Positions 37,333 through 46,555 of a stretch of 64,000 nt of DNA are shown in pieces. The DNA comes from a virus (taxonomy: Duplodnaviria; Heunggongvirae; Uroviricota; Caudoviricetes), in IMG/VR virus record IMGVR_UViG_3300021399_000101, positions 1,630-65,629 of that record; one strand, written 5' to 3'. Each line of letters opens with the position of its first letter. Position 1 is the stretch's first letter. The notes under the pieces are model-generated. The model did no database searches and was not told the DNA's origin. It saw only the letters and a program-made list of their open reading frames with translations. The translations under genes and the position numbers were made by a program.

Positions 37333-37941
37333 ATGCTATTGAATACCAATTTTCTTACAGAAGATGAATATTATAATAATTTAAAAATGGAAGTCCTTGA
37401 TGAGGGAATATTTGGCGGCATTATAAAAGGCGCTGCCTCTGTATTGGGTTATACAGGCCTTGCTGTATTTGCAGGGCTTGGGGCAACAATGCTTGCAAGG
37501 TCAGTAGTTTCAAAAGAGGGAAAGATTAATAAATTTTTCCGCAGAGTCTTTGGAAACAAAAAGAATCTTGATTTTGATGCCGTAAAAGGCAAGGCAGTCG
37601 TCAAGCGTGAACTTTCAAAAGCCGATTCCTATAAAGAAAGGTTAAAAGATGTTTATGAAGCCATAGACCATAAAGATTGGGATGAAGCAGAAAGACTATT
37701 TAAAGCTAGCAAGTATACCGAAGATGTTGATGCAATCAAAGCTCTTGCTATTGCAATTACAGATGAGATTGGAGAACCTCCACTGTTTGTCTATCCTTCT
37801 GGAAATGAGACTTATTTCATTTGCAAAAAGATTCTTGGAATGAAGTATGCCAAGGCTCTTGCAAATGCCGTTCTTGCTGCGCTCAAACAAAATAAAAGTT
37901 ATCATAATGACGTAAGAGAAATTGATTTAGATGTTAAATAA
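37333..37941 (+). CDS. Putative capsid-internal protein (VLDE-G site plus hydrophobic helix)
   Basis: MLLNTNFLTEDE...VLDEGIFGG, then AASVLGYTGLAVFAGLGATMLA. Confidence 0.65.
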   Translation: MLLNTNFLTEDEYYNNLKMEVLDEGIFGGIIKGAASVLGYTGLAVFAGLGATMLARSVVSKEGKINKFFRRVFGNKKNLDFDAVKGKAVVKRELSKADSYKERLKDVYEAIDHKDWDEAERLFKASKYTEDVDAIKALAIAITDEIGEPPLFVYPSGNETYFICKKILGMKYAKALANAVLAALKQNKSYHNDVREIDLDVK

Positions 37942-37961
37942 TTTAAGATGATAAATGTTAA

Positions 37962-37988
37962 AGAGGGCCAAAGGCCCTCTTTCTTTTT
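37962..37988 (+). terminator. Rho-independent terminator
   Basis: AGAGGGCC-AAA-GGCCCTCT-TTCTTTTT. Confidence 0.85.
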
Positions 37989-38034
37989 ACCCAAATAATG
38001 GTTTTGTCAAGATAAATTAGAGGATAATGTAGTA

Positions 38035-38946
38035 ATGACATATGAAGATTTAATGAAATCAAGTGGATGGGTACAAGATTTAAGTGCGTCCTATTTTGAA
38101 TCTTTAGGAGCAAAAGTCCTCGTTTTCAAACTTGATAAAACAGACACAAAATTAAATCCAATATACAATGAAGAAATAGACGGTAGAAAATATTTAAGAC
38201 CTTTTGAGATTAAATCAATTTATAAGACAAACCCTTTTGATTTTAAATTTGACAATACCATTCCTTCAGAAACAGATGGAAGCCTTATGTTCTACTTTAA
38301 TTTTAATGTTATGGCAAGAACAATGGAGGCATTAAAAAAATCAACATCTGAATTAAAGCTCACTGCAACTGAGCCTGGCTGGAGTGTCTGGAAACAAGGT
38401 GATACTTTTTATACTTTTAATAATAAATATTATTCACCGGTAAAAGATAGAAGTTTAACATCGTATGATTTAAAAGATGATTATCAGACAATATCAGAGC
38501 TCAGTCAAGCTTTAACTAATACTGGTTATTTTATAGGTAAACACACGGGGGACGATTACTGCGGATGTATACCTAATTTCAAAGAAACAAAACTTAACAA
38601 TTCTATACTTCTCAAAACGTTTAACAGCGAATTCAAAAACGCAGGAAACACAATTGAGCAAGGTGATTTAATTTATATAACGACAATTAATGCTCTTTAT
38701 GAAGTGACATCGGCATATCCAGTAAACAATACAATATACAGATATGTTAACTGGCAATGTAATGCCCAAAGAACATTTGCGTATGTTGAGTATGAGAAAC
38801 TTAAAACATATGGTTACGGATTCGATGTTCAAGACACAACATTACCTGCTACTACTAATGTTTCCATTAACGATGATACTACAGAGTATAGGATTGCTTC
38901 TGATGAAGAAATTCAGAGCATCATAGATGCTTTTGATAAAAACTAA
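38035..38946 (+). CDS. gp14-like neck / head-closure protein
   Basis: YFESLGAKVLVFKLD.....LNPIYNEE...KY..PFEIK; follows the gp13-like gene. Confidence 0.6.
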   Translation: MTYEDLMKSSGWVQDLSASYFESLGAKVLVFKLDKTDTKLNPIYNEEIDGRKYLRPFEIKSIYKTNPFDFKFDNTIPSETDGSLMFYFNFNVMARTMEALKKSTSELKLTATEPGWSVWKQGDTFYTFNNKYYSPVKDRSLTSYDLKDDYQTISELSQALTNTGYFIGKHTGDDYCGCIPNFKETKLNNSILLKTFNSEFKNAGNTIEQGDLIYITTINALYEVTSAYPVNNTIYRYVNWQCNAQRTFAYVEYEKLKTYGYGFDVQDTTLPATTNVSINDDTTEYRIASDEEIQSIIDAFDKN

Positions 38947-38957
38947 GCGAGAGAATT

Positions 38958-41900
38958 ATGGCAGATTTGTTAAAAATTACAGACAATAAAATACCAACAC
39001 TTGTTAAATTAGAACAAGCTAGAACTCTTTATAATGATTTAAGAATAAGGGTTGACAATAGAGCTAGCCTTGTTCATACACATACAACCGACGACATAAC
39101 TGACCTCGCAGAATATATTTCAAAAATCCCAATTGGAATTGCTCAAAAAGCAATCGCCGATATTGAAGACCATAAAATAATTGAATACTATTCTACAAAA
39201 GATGAAGCAGCTACCTATGCCAGCGAGGCATCAAGCGCACTAGAATATGAGGCCTCTCAAGCTAGATGGCATGAAGCTAGCTATGCTTCAGAAGCCGCAG
39301 CTGCCTTGGCTGAAGAATCTTCTCAGGCCAGATATTTGGAAGCTAGCTACGCTTCAGAGGCATCAAGTGCTTTAGCAACAAAAGCATCAGAAATTGATTC
39401 TGCAATGTCTTCTTATGCTAGTGAAGCATCAAGTGCTTTAGCAGAAGAATCTTCTCAAGCTAGATATTTGGAAGCTAGCTACGCCTCAGAAGCCTCAAGT
39501 GCTTTAGCAACAAAATCATCAGAAATTGATTCTGCTATGGCATCATATGCCAGCGAGGCATCAAGTGCTTTAGCCTCTAACGTCTCTGACATTGAAGACG
39601 CAATGTCTTCTTATGCTTCAGAGGCATCAAGTGCTTTATTGGAAGAAAAATTATTAGCTCGCGAATTAGAAGCTAGTTATGCCAGCGAGGCATCAAGTGC
39701 TTTAGCATCCAATGTACTAGTCATTGATGACGCTATGGCTTCTTATGCTTCAGAAGCATCAAGTGCATTATTTGGCGAGGCTTCTCAGGCCAGATATTTG
39801 GAAGCTAGTTATGCTTCAGAGGCATCAAGTGCTTTAGCATCTAATGTATTAAACATTGAAGGTGCAATGTCTTCCTATGCATCAGAAGCGTCTAGCGCAA
39901 CAAATCATGAAGCGTCTCAAGCCAGATGGTATGAGGCTTCTTACGCTAGTCAAGCATCAAGTGCTTTAGCAGATGAAGCTTCAAAGGCCAGATGGTATGA
40001 AGCCAGCCATGCTTCAGATGCATCAAGCGCTTTGGCCTCTAATGTTTCTGTCATTGAAGATACTATGGCTTCTTATGCCAGCGAAGCATCAAGCGCAGTA
40101 GCAGCACTTGATTATGATGGCGCTACAGATGGCTATTATGTAGTTCAGGTAACTGAGGAAAACGGACTTATATCTGTAACCCGTGAAGAAAAGGGAGAAG
40201 TTGCAAGTGGAGCTACAAGGCTTATAGATGGTCAAGCTGCGTTTGATGCAATTAAAAACAACGAAGAAAAATGGACAGATGCATTAGCATCAGAAGCTTC
40301 ATTAGCTCGTTACTCAGAAGCAAGTTACGCTTCAGAGGCATCAAGTGCTTTAGTAAATGAAGCTTCAAAAGCAAGGTGGTATGAAGCTAGTTATGCCAGC
40401 CAAGCTTCAAGTGCTTTAGCGTCAAATGTATCTGATATTGAAAACGCTATGGCTTCCTATGCTAGTGAAGCATCAAGTGCTTTAGAATATGAGTCATCTC
40501 AAGCCAGATGGTACGAAGCTAGTTATGCCAGCCAAGCTTCAAGTGCTTTAGCGGCAAAGTCATCAGAAACTGACTCTGCTATGGCATCATACGCCAGCCA
40601 GGCTTCTAATGCTTTAGCGACAGAATCTTCTAATCTTAAAGACGCTATGGCATCCTATGCTAGCGAGTCTTCTGCTGCTCTTGAAGAAGAAGCTTCTCAG
40701 GCCAGATATTTTGAAGCTTCTTATGCTAGTCAAGCATCAAATGCTTTAGCAACAGAATCTTCTAATCTCAAAACTAGTATGGCTAGTTATGCCAGTGAAG
40801 CTTCAAGCGCTTTAGCATCTAATGTATCTGATATTGAAAACGCTATGGCATCCTATGCTAGTGAGTCTTCTGCTGCTCTTGAAGAAGAAGCTTCTCAGGC
40901 CAGATATTTTGAAGCTTCTTATGCCAGCCAAGCTTCAAGTGCTTTAGCAACAGAGTCTTCTAATTTAAGCGCCAGCATGGCTTCTTATGCCTCAGGTGCT
41001 TCAAGCGCTTTAGCTACAGAGTCAAGTAGTCTTAAAGCCAGCATGGCTTCTTATGCTTCAGATGCTTCGAGTGCTTTAGCTACAGAGTCAAGTAGTCTTA
41101 AAGCCAGCATGGCTTCTTATGCCTCAGGTGCTTCAAGTGCTTTAGCATCTAATGTATCGAATATCGAAGATGCTATGGCCTCTTATGCCTCAGGTGCTTC
41201 AAGTGCTTTAGCATCTAATGTATCGAATATCGAAGATGCTATAGCCTCTTATGCTTCAGATGCTTCGAGTGCTTTAGCTGATGAATCGTCACAAGCCAGA
41301 TGGTATGAAGCCTCTTATGCTTCAGATGCTTCGAGTGCTTTAGCTACAGAGTCAAGTAGTCTTAAAGCCAGCATGGCTTCTTATGCCTCAGGTGCTTCAA
41401 GTGCTTTAGCTACAGAGTCTTCTGGTTTAAAAACCGACATGGCCTCTTACGCTTCGGAAGCTTCAAATGCCTTGGCAACAGAAGCATCATTTGCCAGACG
41501 ATATGAAGGCGAATTGGCAAGTAGGGCTTCTGAAATAGAGGCGGTAATACCAAATCAGGCTTCTCCAACAAACCAGCTTGCCGATAAAGAGTTTGTAAAC
41601 TCTTCAATTGGAACTAATACAGCAAATTATATTTCAGATAATGGTGAACCATTTACTTCTATAGAAGCACTAAAAGCATATTCTGGAACAGTTACAAATA
41701 ATGACTATGCTTTTGTAACAGGAACAGAGGGCGGTAACTCATATTATGACAGATATAAAGCCACTGTAGTTGGAAATGTGGTAAACTGGTCACTAGAATA
41801 TAGGCTTAACAATTCTTCATTTACCTCGGAACAGTGGGCAGCTATAAACTCTGGAATTACAGATGTTTTAGTAGCAAAAATTACATCTAACACTTCAGCT

Positions 41901-43550
41901 CTTGAAGATGAAGCTTCAAAAGCTAGATGGTACGAAGCTTCTTACGCTAGTCAAGCATCAAGTGCTTTAGCAACAGAATCTTCTAATTTAAGCGCCAGCA
42001 TGGCTTCTTATGCCTCAGGTGCTTCAAGCGCTGATGTAATTATTGCTTCAAGTATAGCATCCGTTGCTTCAAGCGTATCTGCAGTTGAAAGTGCTAAAGT
42101 AAGTAAATCTGGCGATACAATGTCCGGGGCTTTAAAGCTTAACAATGCTCTGTATTTGACAAATATTGCTGGTTCAGTCCATGATTCTGTTTCAAAAATA
42201 TATTTTGGCTCAGCAGAAAGCCCGAAAAACTATATTAGTGCGAATACTAGCGGAGCATTTGGTATATATGATAAAGACAAGAACGGTATCACTTGCTATC
42301 CTGCAGAAAATTTCTTTTCGACAAGTAATATAGATTTAGGACGTAGTAATAATCCTTGGGGTGATTTTTATTTAACCGGTTCCGTAGTTAACGATACTGC
42401 ATCAATTACTTCGCTTGATTTAATACAGCATCCTGCAAAAACAAACAACCCGCACAATGTAACAAAGGCGCAAGTTGGCCTTGGTAATGTTGATAATACA
42501 TCAGATGCTGATAAACCGATTTCTACAGCGGCACAGACAGCACTTAATACGAAGTTTGATACTGTAAGTATAACAGGTACTGGAAATGCAGTTGCTTCAA
42601 TTGAAGAAACCGGAACAACTCTTAAGATTACCAAAACAACATTCAACAATTATACATTGCCAAAGGCAACAACAGGAACTCTTGGTGGTGTTATAGTTGG
42701 CGATAATCTTACGGTTGACGCAAGTGGAGTTCTTTCAGCTCTTCCTGGAGTTACTACAGAAACTACAGGTTCTGGAAACGCAGTCACAGCAATCTCTGAT
42801 AATGGAAGCGGAAAGGTTACAGCTGTAAAAGGCGCCACATTCAGCCTTTCAAACCATACACACAGCAACTATGTTTCTACTGCAACAGCATCAACAGGAA
42901 CTGGTAATGCCATAACTTCAATGTCTGTTTCTGGTAATACTCTTACCTATAATAAAGAAACGACATTTATTGATGAAGTCACAGCATCGGGAACTGGTAA
43001 TGCTGTAACATCACTTGAGATTACCGGAAGTAAAATTAAATTTGTTAAAGGCGCAACCTATAACAATTACAACCTTCCTATTGCAGCTACAGGAACTCTT
43101 GGTGGTGTTAAAGTTGGAACAAATCTTAGCATCAATGCTTCTGGAGTCTTAAGTGCTGTAGATACCACTTATGCTAACGCTACATCTGGCGCTGCGGGCC
43201 TTATGTCTGCAGCTGACAAAACCAAGCTTGATGGTATTGCTACAGGTGCTAATAAATACAGCCTTCCTACTGCAGCTACAGGAACTCTTGGTGGTGTTAA
43301 AGTCGGAAGCAATATTACTATAGATGCATCTGGTGTCATAAGTCCTACAAAGACTGGCGTTACAGCTGCTTTGGGATACACACCTCCTACTACAAATACT
43401 ACTTATTCTGCAGCAACTACGACATATGCTGGATTAATGAGTACAGGAGCACAATCGTTTGCTGGAAACAAAACGTTTACAAACAATGTCATTATTGGTT
43501 CCGCAACTATTTCGTTTACAACAGGAGACGGCCTGACAATAACATTTTGA
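38958..43550 (+). CDS. Long tail fibre (1530 aa): hendecad coiled-coil shaft plus beta modules
   Basis: Dozens of ASYASEASSAL repeats; distal LP.ATTGTLGGV.VG.NL.VDASG.LSA and AGLMSAADK.KLDGI fibre modules. Confidence 0.85.
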   Translation: MADLLKITDNKIPTLVKLEQARTLYNDLRIRVDNRASLVHTHTTDDITDLAEYISKIPIGIAQKAIADIEDHKIIEYYSTKDEAATYASEASSALEYEASQARWHEASYASEAAAALAEESSQARYLEASYASEASSALATKASEIDSAMSSYASEASSALAEESSQARYLEASYASEASSALATKSSEIDSAMASYASEASSALASNVSDIEDAMSSYASEASSALLEEKLLARELEASYASEASSALASNVLVIDDAMASYASEASSALFGEASQARYLEASYASEASSALASNVLNIEGAMSSYASEASSATNHEASQARWYEASYASQASSALADEASKARWYEASHASDASSALASNVSVIEDTMASYASEASSAVAALDYDGATDGYYVVQVTEENGLISVTREEKGEVASGATRLIDGQAAFDAIKNNEEKWTDALASEASLARYSEASYASEASSALVNEASKARWYEASYASQASSALASNVSDIENAMASYASEASSALEYESSQARWYEASYASQASSALAAKSSETDSAMASYASQASNALATESSNLKDAMASYASESSAALEEEASQARYFEASYASQASNALATESSNLKTSMASYASEASSALASNVSDIENAMASYASESSAALEEEASQARYFEASYASQASSALATESSNLSASMASYASGASSALATESSSLKASMASYASDASSALATESSSLKASMASYASGASSALASNVSNIEDAMASYASGASSALASNVSNIEDAIASYASDASSALADESSQARWYEASYASDASSALATESSSLKASMASYASGASSALATESSGLKTDMASYASEASNALATEASFARRYEGELASRASEIEAVIPNQASPTNQLADKEFVNSSIGTNTANYISDNGEPFTSIEALKAYSGTVTNNDYAFVTGTEGGNSYYDRYKATVVGNVVNWSLEYRLNNSSFTSEQWAAINSGITDVLVAKITSNTSALEDEASKARWYEASYASQASSALATESSNLSASMASYASGASSADVIIASSIASVASSVSAVESAKVSKSGDTMSGALKLNNALYLTNIAGSVHDSVSKIYFGSAESPKNYISANTSGAFGIYDKDKNGITCYPAENFFSTSNIDLGRSNNPWGDFYLTGSVVNDTASITSLDLIQHPAKTNNPHNVTKAQVGLGNVDNTSDADKPISTAAQTALNTKFDTVSITGTGNAVASIEETGTTLKITKTTFNNYTLPKATTGTLGGVIVGDNLTVDASGVLSALPGVTTETTGSGNAVTAISDNGSGKVTAVKGATFSLSNHTHSNYVSTATASTGTGNAITSMSVSGNTLTYNKETTFIDEVTASGTGNAVTSLEITGSKIKFVKGATYNNYNLPIAATGTLGGVKVGTNLSINASGVLSAVDTTYANATSGAAGLMSAADKTKLDGIATGANKYSLPTAATGTLGGVKVGSNITIDASGVISPTKTGVTAALGYTPPTTNTTYSAATTTYAGLMSTGAQSFAGNKTFTNNVIIGSATISFTTGDGLTITF
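39210..41540 (+). repeat. 22-residue (2 x 11) coding repeat array
   Basis: ASYASEASSAL alternates with AEESSQARYLE- or ASNVSDIEDAM-type 11-mers. Confidence 0.9.
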
Positions 43551-43569
43551 TTAGTTCGTATATATTTAT

Positions 43570-44928
43570 ATGAACGAAACTACAAGAACATACTACATTA
43601 ATAAAGCTGAAGAATTTGAAAAAGCTTCCAATTATAAAGATGCATTGTCTTCTTATATGGAAGCTTTTTCTATTAAAGAGTGTTTGGAAGGCGACAATCC
43701 AGATTTTTTTGAGCCTGGCTTTATAGAGGATAAAATAGCGTTTCTGTCTTATAGACTTGGAGATTTTAGAAAGGCAGTTACTTTTGGTGGAAAAGCATAT
43801 AGAGCAAACGAAAAAGACGAAAGAATTAAAAACAATGTCCCGTTTTATACAGACGCTTTGTTCTTTTTAAATAAAAAACCTATTTTTGATGGATTCATAA
43901 AAAAATATATTATTGATAATTTTTCGAGCGATACTACAATCCTTGATGTTGGAGCATATGATGGAAGATGGTCAGATGCGCTTAAAGAGCATTTCAAAAA
44001 AATAGATGCAATTGAGGCTTTTGAACCTTATGTTGAACGTTACTCCTTAAAAGAAAAATACAATAATGTTTTTGTTCAGGACGTATGTGATTTCAAATTT
44101 AAACATTATGATTTGATTATAATGGGTGATGTTCTTGAGCATTTGCCAATTGAAAAAGCACAGCAACTTATTAAGAAAATATATTCTAAGTGCAAGCAGC
44201 TTTTAATAATAGTGCCATATGAATACCCCCAAGACGAATACGATGATAATAAATATCAAATTCATGTTCAAGAAGACCTTACAGACGAGATATTTAAAGA
44301 GAGATATCCAGGATTTGATTTGCTAGCGCACGATGAAATAAGAGGGGCTTATGTAAAAGAAGGAACCTGTAGTGAAGCAACTGAAATTACATATACTGGC
44401 GAAAACCCAAGAACCCTTGAGGCCGGATTGATTTACTTTGAAAGCCGTGAATATAGCAAAGCACTTGGAGTATTCAGAAACTCATTAGAAGAAATGAGCA
44501 ATGAACATAAAGCAATAATGAAGTATTATTCAGGACTTTGCTACACAAGAAACAACGAGAACACTTTAGAGGCTTTAAAATATTTTATTGATGCGGTTGA
44601 ATTGCTTCCTATTTTTGAAGAAGCATATGTAGAGCTGTTCGCACTTTTAGAGAAATTTGAGTTATGGGGTGATTTAGAGTATTATATAAGGCTTGCTCTA
44701 AAACATAAAGAAGAAATGGAAATGCCAGATAATATGAAGAATGAATGGAAATCAATTCTTTTCATTCAAATGACTTTGGCCCTTTTCAAGCAAGAAAAAT
44801 ATTTTGAGGCTTATGGATATGCGACATTAGCTCTTGATATACCGACTAGCGACGAAAGAAAAAAGATTGCTCAAAATAATTTTGACCAGCTTAAAGAAGC
44901 ACTTTGGAGTACATTACAACTACAATGA
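43570..44928 (+). CDS. TPR - class I SAM methyltransferase - TPR protein
   Basis: TILDVGAYDGRW, AIEAFEPY, YDLIIMGDVLEHL; TPR helices on both sides. Confidence 0.8.
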   Translation: MNETTRTYYINKAEEFEKASNYKDALSSYMEAFSIKECLEGDNPDFFEPGFIEDKIAFLSYRLGDFRKAVTFGGKAYRANEKDERIKNNVPFYTDALFFLNKKPIFDGFIKKYIIDNFSSDTTILDVGAYDGRWSDALKEHFKKIDAIEAFEPYVERYSLKEKYNNVFVQDVCDFKFKHYDLIIMGDVLEHLPIEKAQQLIKKIYSKCKQLLIIVPYEYPQDEYDDNKYQIHVQEDLTDEIFKERYPGFDLLAHDEIRGAYVKEGTCSEATEITYTGENPRTLEAGLIYFESREYSKALGVFRNSLEEMSNEHKAIMKYYSGLCYTRNNENTLEALKYFIDAVELLPIFEEAYVELFALLEKFELWGDLEYYIRLALKHKEEMEMPDNMKNEWKSILFIQMTLALFKQEKYFEAYGYATLALDIPTSDERKKIAQNNFDQLKEALWSTLQLQ

Positions 44929-46463
44929 AAACATGCATTTACACAATATGTAAAAACGACTCTAAATTTATAGATAAATGGTTTGACTCTTTAAAAGATT
45001 ATGATTGCATTGCAGCAGTAGTCCATGACAGCAAAGACAATACAGCAGAAAAACTTTTAGCTTATGGAGCTAAAGTAGCTTTCACCCATTATCAGAATGA
45101 GCCAAACACCGCTGAAGAAGACGCTTTAAATTTTGCTAAACAAGTAGCGCCAGATTGCGATAACTTTGTGTTTACTCCTATTAACAGAACTGATGAATAT
45201 TTGAGTGATGATGCTTCAATATCAGAACAAGAAAGCAGGCTAGTTGAATATTATTATGGTATTAAAAACTATGAAGAAGCATATAGGCACGCTATTTTTG
45301 CTTTAGCACTTGACCCAGAAAACGAGCAGAAAAAGCATAATTGCGAAATCTGCCGCAGGTTGGTTGTAAACAAGATTTGCGTATATACGGTTTGCAGAAA
45401 TGAATCAGAGTTCGTAGAAAAATGGGTTGAAAACAATAAAGACGCAGACCACATCGTTGCTTTGGTTCACGATTGTACTGATGATACAGCTGAGAAACTC
45501 AAAGCGCTTAATGTAGATGTCGGCTATGGTTTTTATAATGAATGGAGATTCGATAATGGCAAGAACGATTCAATGCACCTTGCCTATTCACTTGCCCCGG
45601 AATGTAACATATTTGTGTTTACTTCTTTAGATGAATTCTGGGAGACGGAAGATTGGGTACGTATTGTAAAGGAATGCTGGGGCCCCGAAACTACCAAGCA
45701 ATGCTGGTACAACTTCGTTCAAACACATGATGAGTTTGAGAACGACACTGGAATAACGCATTTTAACTGGATGACATCAAGAGATCCGAAATGGCACTGG
45801 GAGTATCCAATTCATGAATCAATTTCCTATGGTGATAACGAAGAAGTAAAAGACTGTATTAATTTATTTGATGTCTTAAAACTTCAGCATCGCCCTAAAA
45901 AAGGAAAAGTCAGAAGTTATATGGACCTCCATAAGCTTAGGTGGGAAGAATATAAAGATGATATAAGCTGCCTTTATTTAATTCGTGAGAATATAATCCA
46001 TGGATTTGCTGAAGAAGCGTATAGAATAGCAAAAGATTTTGACCATGAGCATACCGATTTACAACCTGAGGAAAATGCATACATCTGGATGATGGAAGGT
46101 ATGTGTCTTGAATATTTTGGGAGAACAGGCGAAGCGCTTAAATGTTATGAAAATGCTTATGAGGTGGATAAGTCGCTAAGGTCACCCCTTATTAGAGCAG
46201 GCTTACTTTATGCAAAATGCGAAATGTATAGCAAGGCAGAAGAAATTATCGAAAAAGCGCTTAATGAAACAACAAGAAATTATACATGGCTTGAAGACCC
46301 ATGGGACTGGAGAAGTAAGCCGTATTATTGGTTGTCATATATAAATCTAAAACTTGGGAATAAAGAAAAAGCCCTGGGCTATGCACTATTTGCTTATCAG
46401 ATAGATTCAACAGATGAATTAAAAGAACATTACGAAAAAGTATTAAAAGAATGTACGTCTTAA
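44925..46463 (+). CDS. GT2-family glycosyltransferase with TPRs and a duplicated N-terminal half-domain
   Basis: ICVYTVCRNESEFVEKW...DCTDDT...SLDE...WEYPIHE; C-terminal TPRs; start MKTC at 44925 overlaps the previous stop (ATGA). Confidence 0.8.
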   Translation: MKTCIYTICKNDSKFIDKWFDSLKDYDCIAAVVHDSKDNTAEKLLAYGAKVAFTHYQNEPNTAEEDALNFAKQVAPDCDNFVFTPINRTDEYLSDDASISEQESRLVEYYYGIKNYEEAYRHAIFALALDPENEQKKHNCEICRRLVVNKICVYTVCRNESEFVEKWVENNKDADHIVALVHDCTDDTAEKLKALNVDVGYGFYNEWRFDNGKNDSMHLAYSLAPECNIFVFTSLDEFWETEDWVRIVKECWGPETTKQCWYNFVQTHDEFENDTGITHFNWMTSRDPKWHWEYPIHESISYGDNEEVKDCINLFDVLKLQHRPKKGKVRSYMDLHKLRWEEYKDDISCLYLIRENIIHGFAEEAYRIAKDFDHEHTDLQPEENAYIWMMEGMCLEYFGRTGEALKCYENAYEVDKSLRSPLIRAGLLYAKCEMYSKAEEIIEKALNETTRNYTWLEDPWDWRSKPYYWLSYINLKLGNKEKALGYALFAYQIDSTDELKEHYEKVLKECTS

Positions 46464-46465
46464 TT

Positions 46466-46490
46466 AGAGCCGCCTAAGCGGCTCTTTTCT
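46466..46490 (+). terminator. Rho-independent terminator
   Basis: AGAGCCGC-CTAA-GCGGCTCT-TTTCT. Confidence 0.8.
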
Positions 46491-46555
46491 TATAGGGCGG
46501 CCCATAAATGTCAAGATAAATTTGAGTAATATTGTTCTCTTAACAAGGAAGAAAA

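Noticed and set aside
46490-46506. TAGGGCGGCCC just after the 46466 terminator, able to pair with its 5' arm
   Set aside because: It lies downstream of the T-tract, so it cannot act as a co-transcriptional antiterminator; probably a remnant of the shared CCGC-TTAG-GCGG terminator family.
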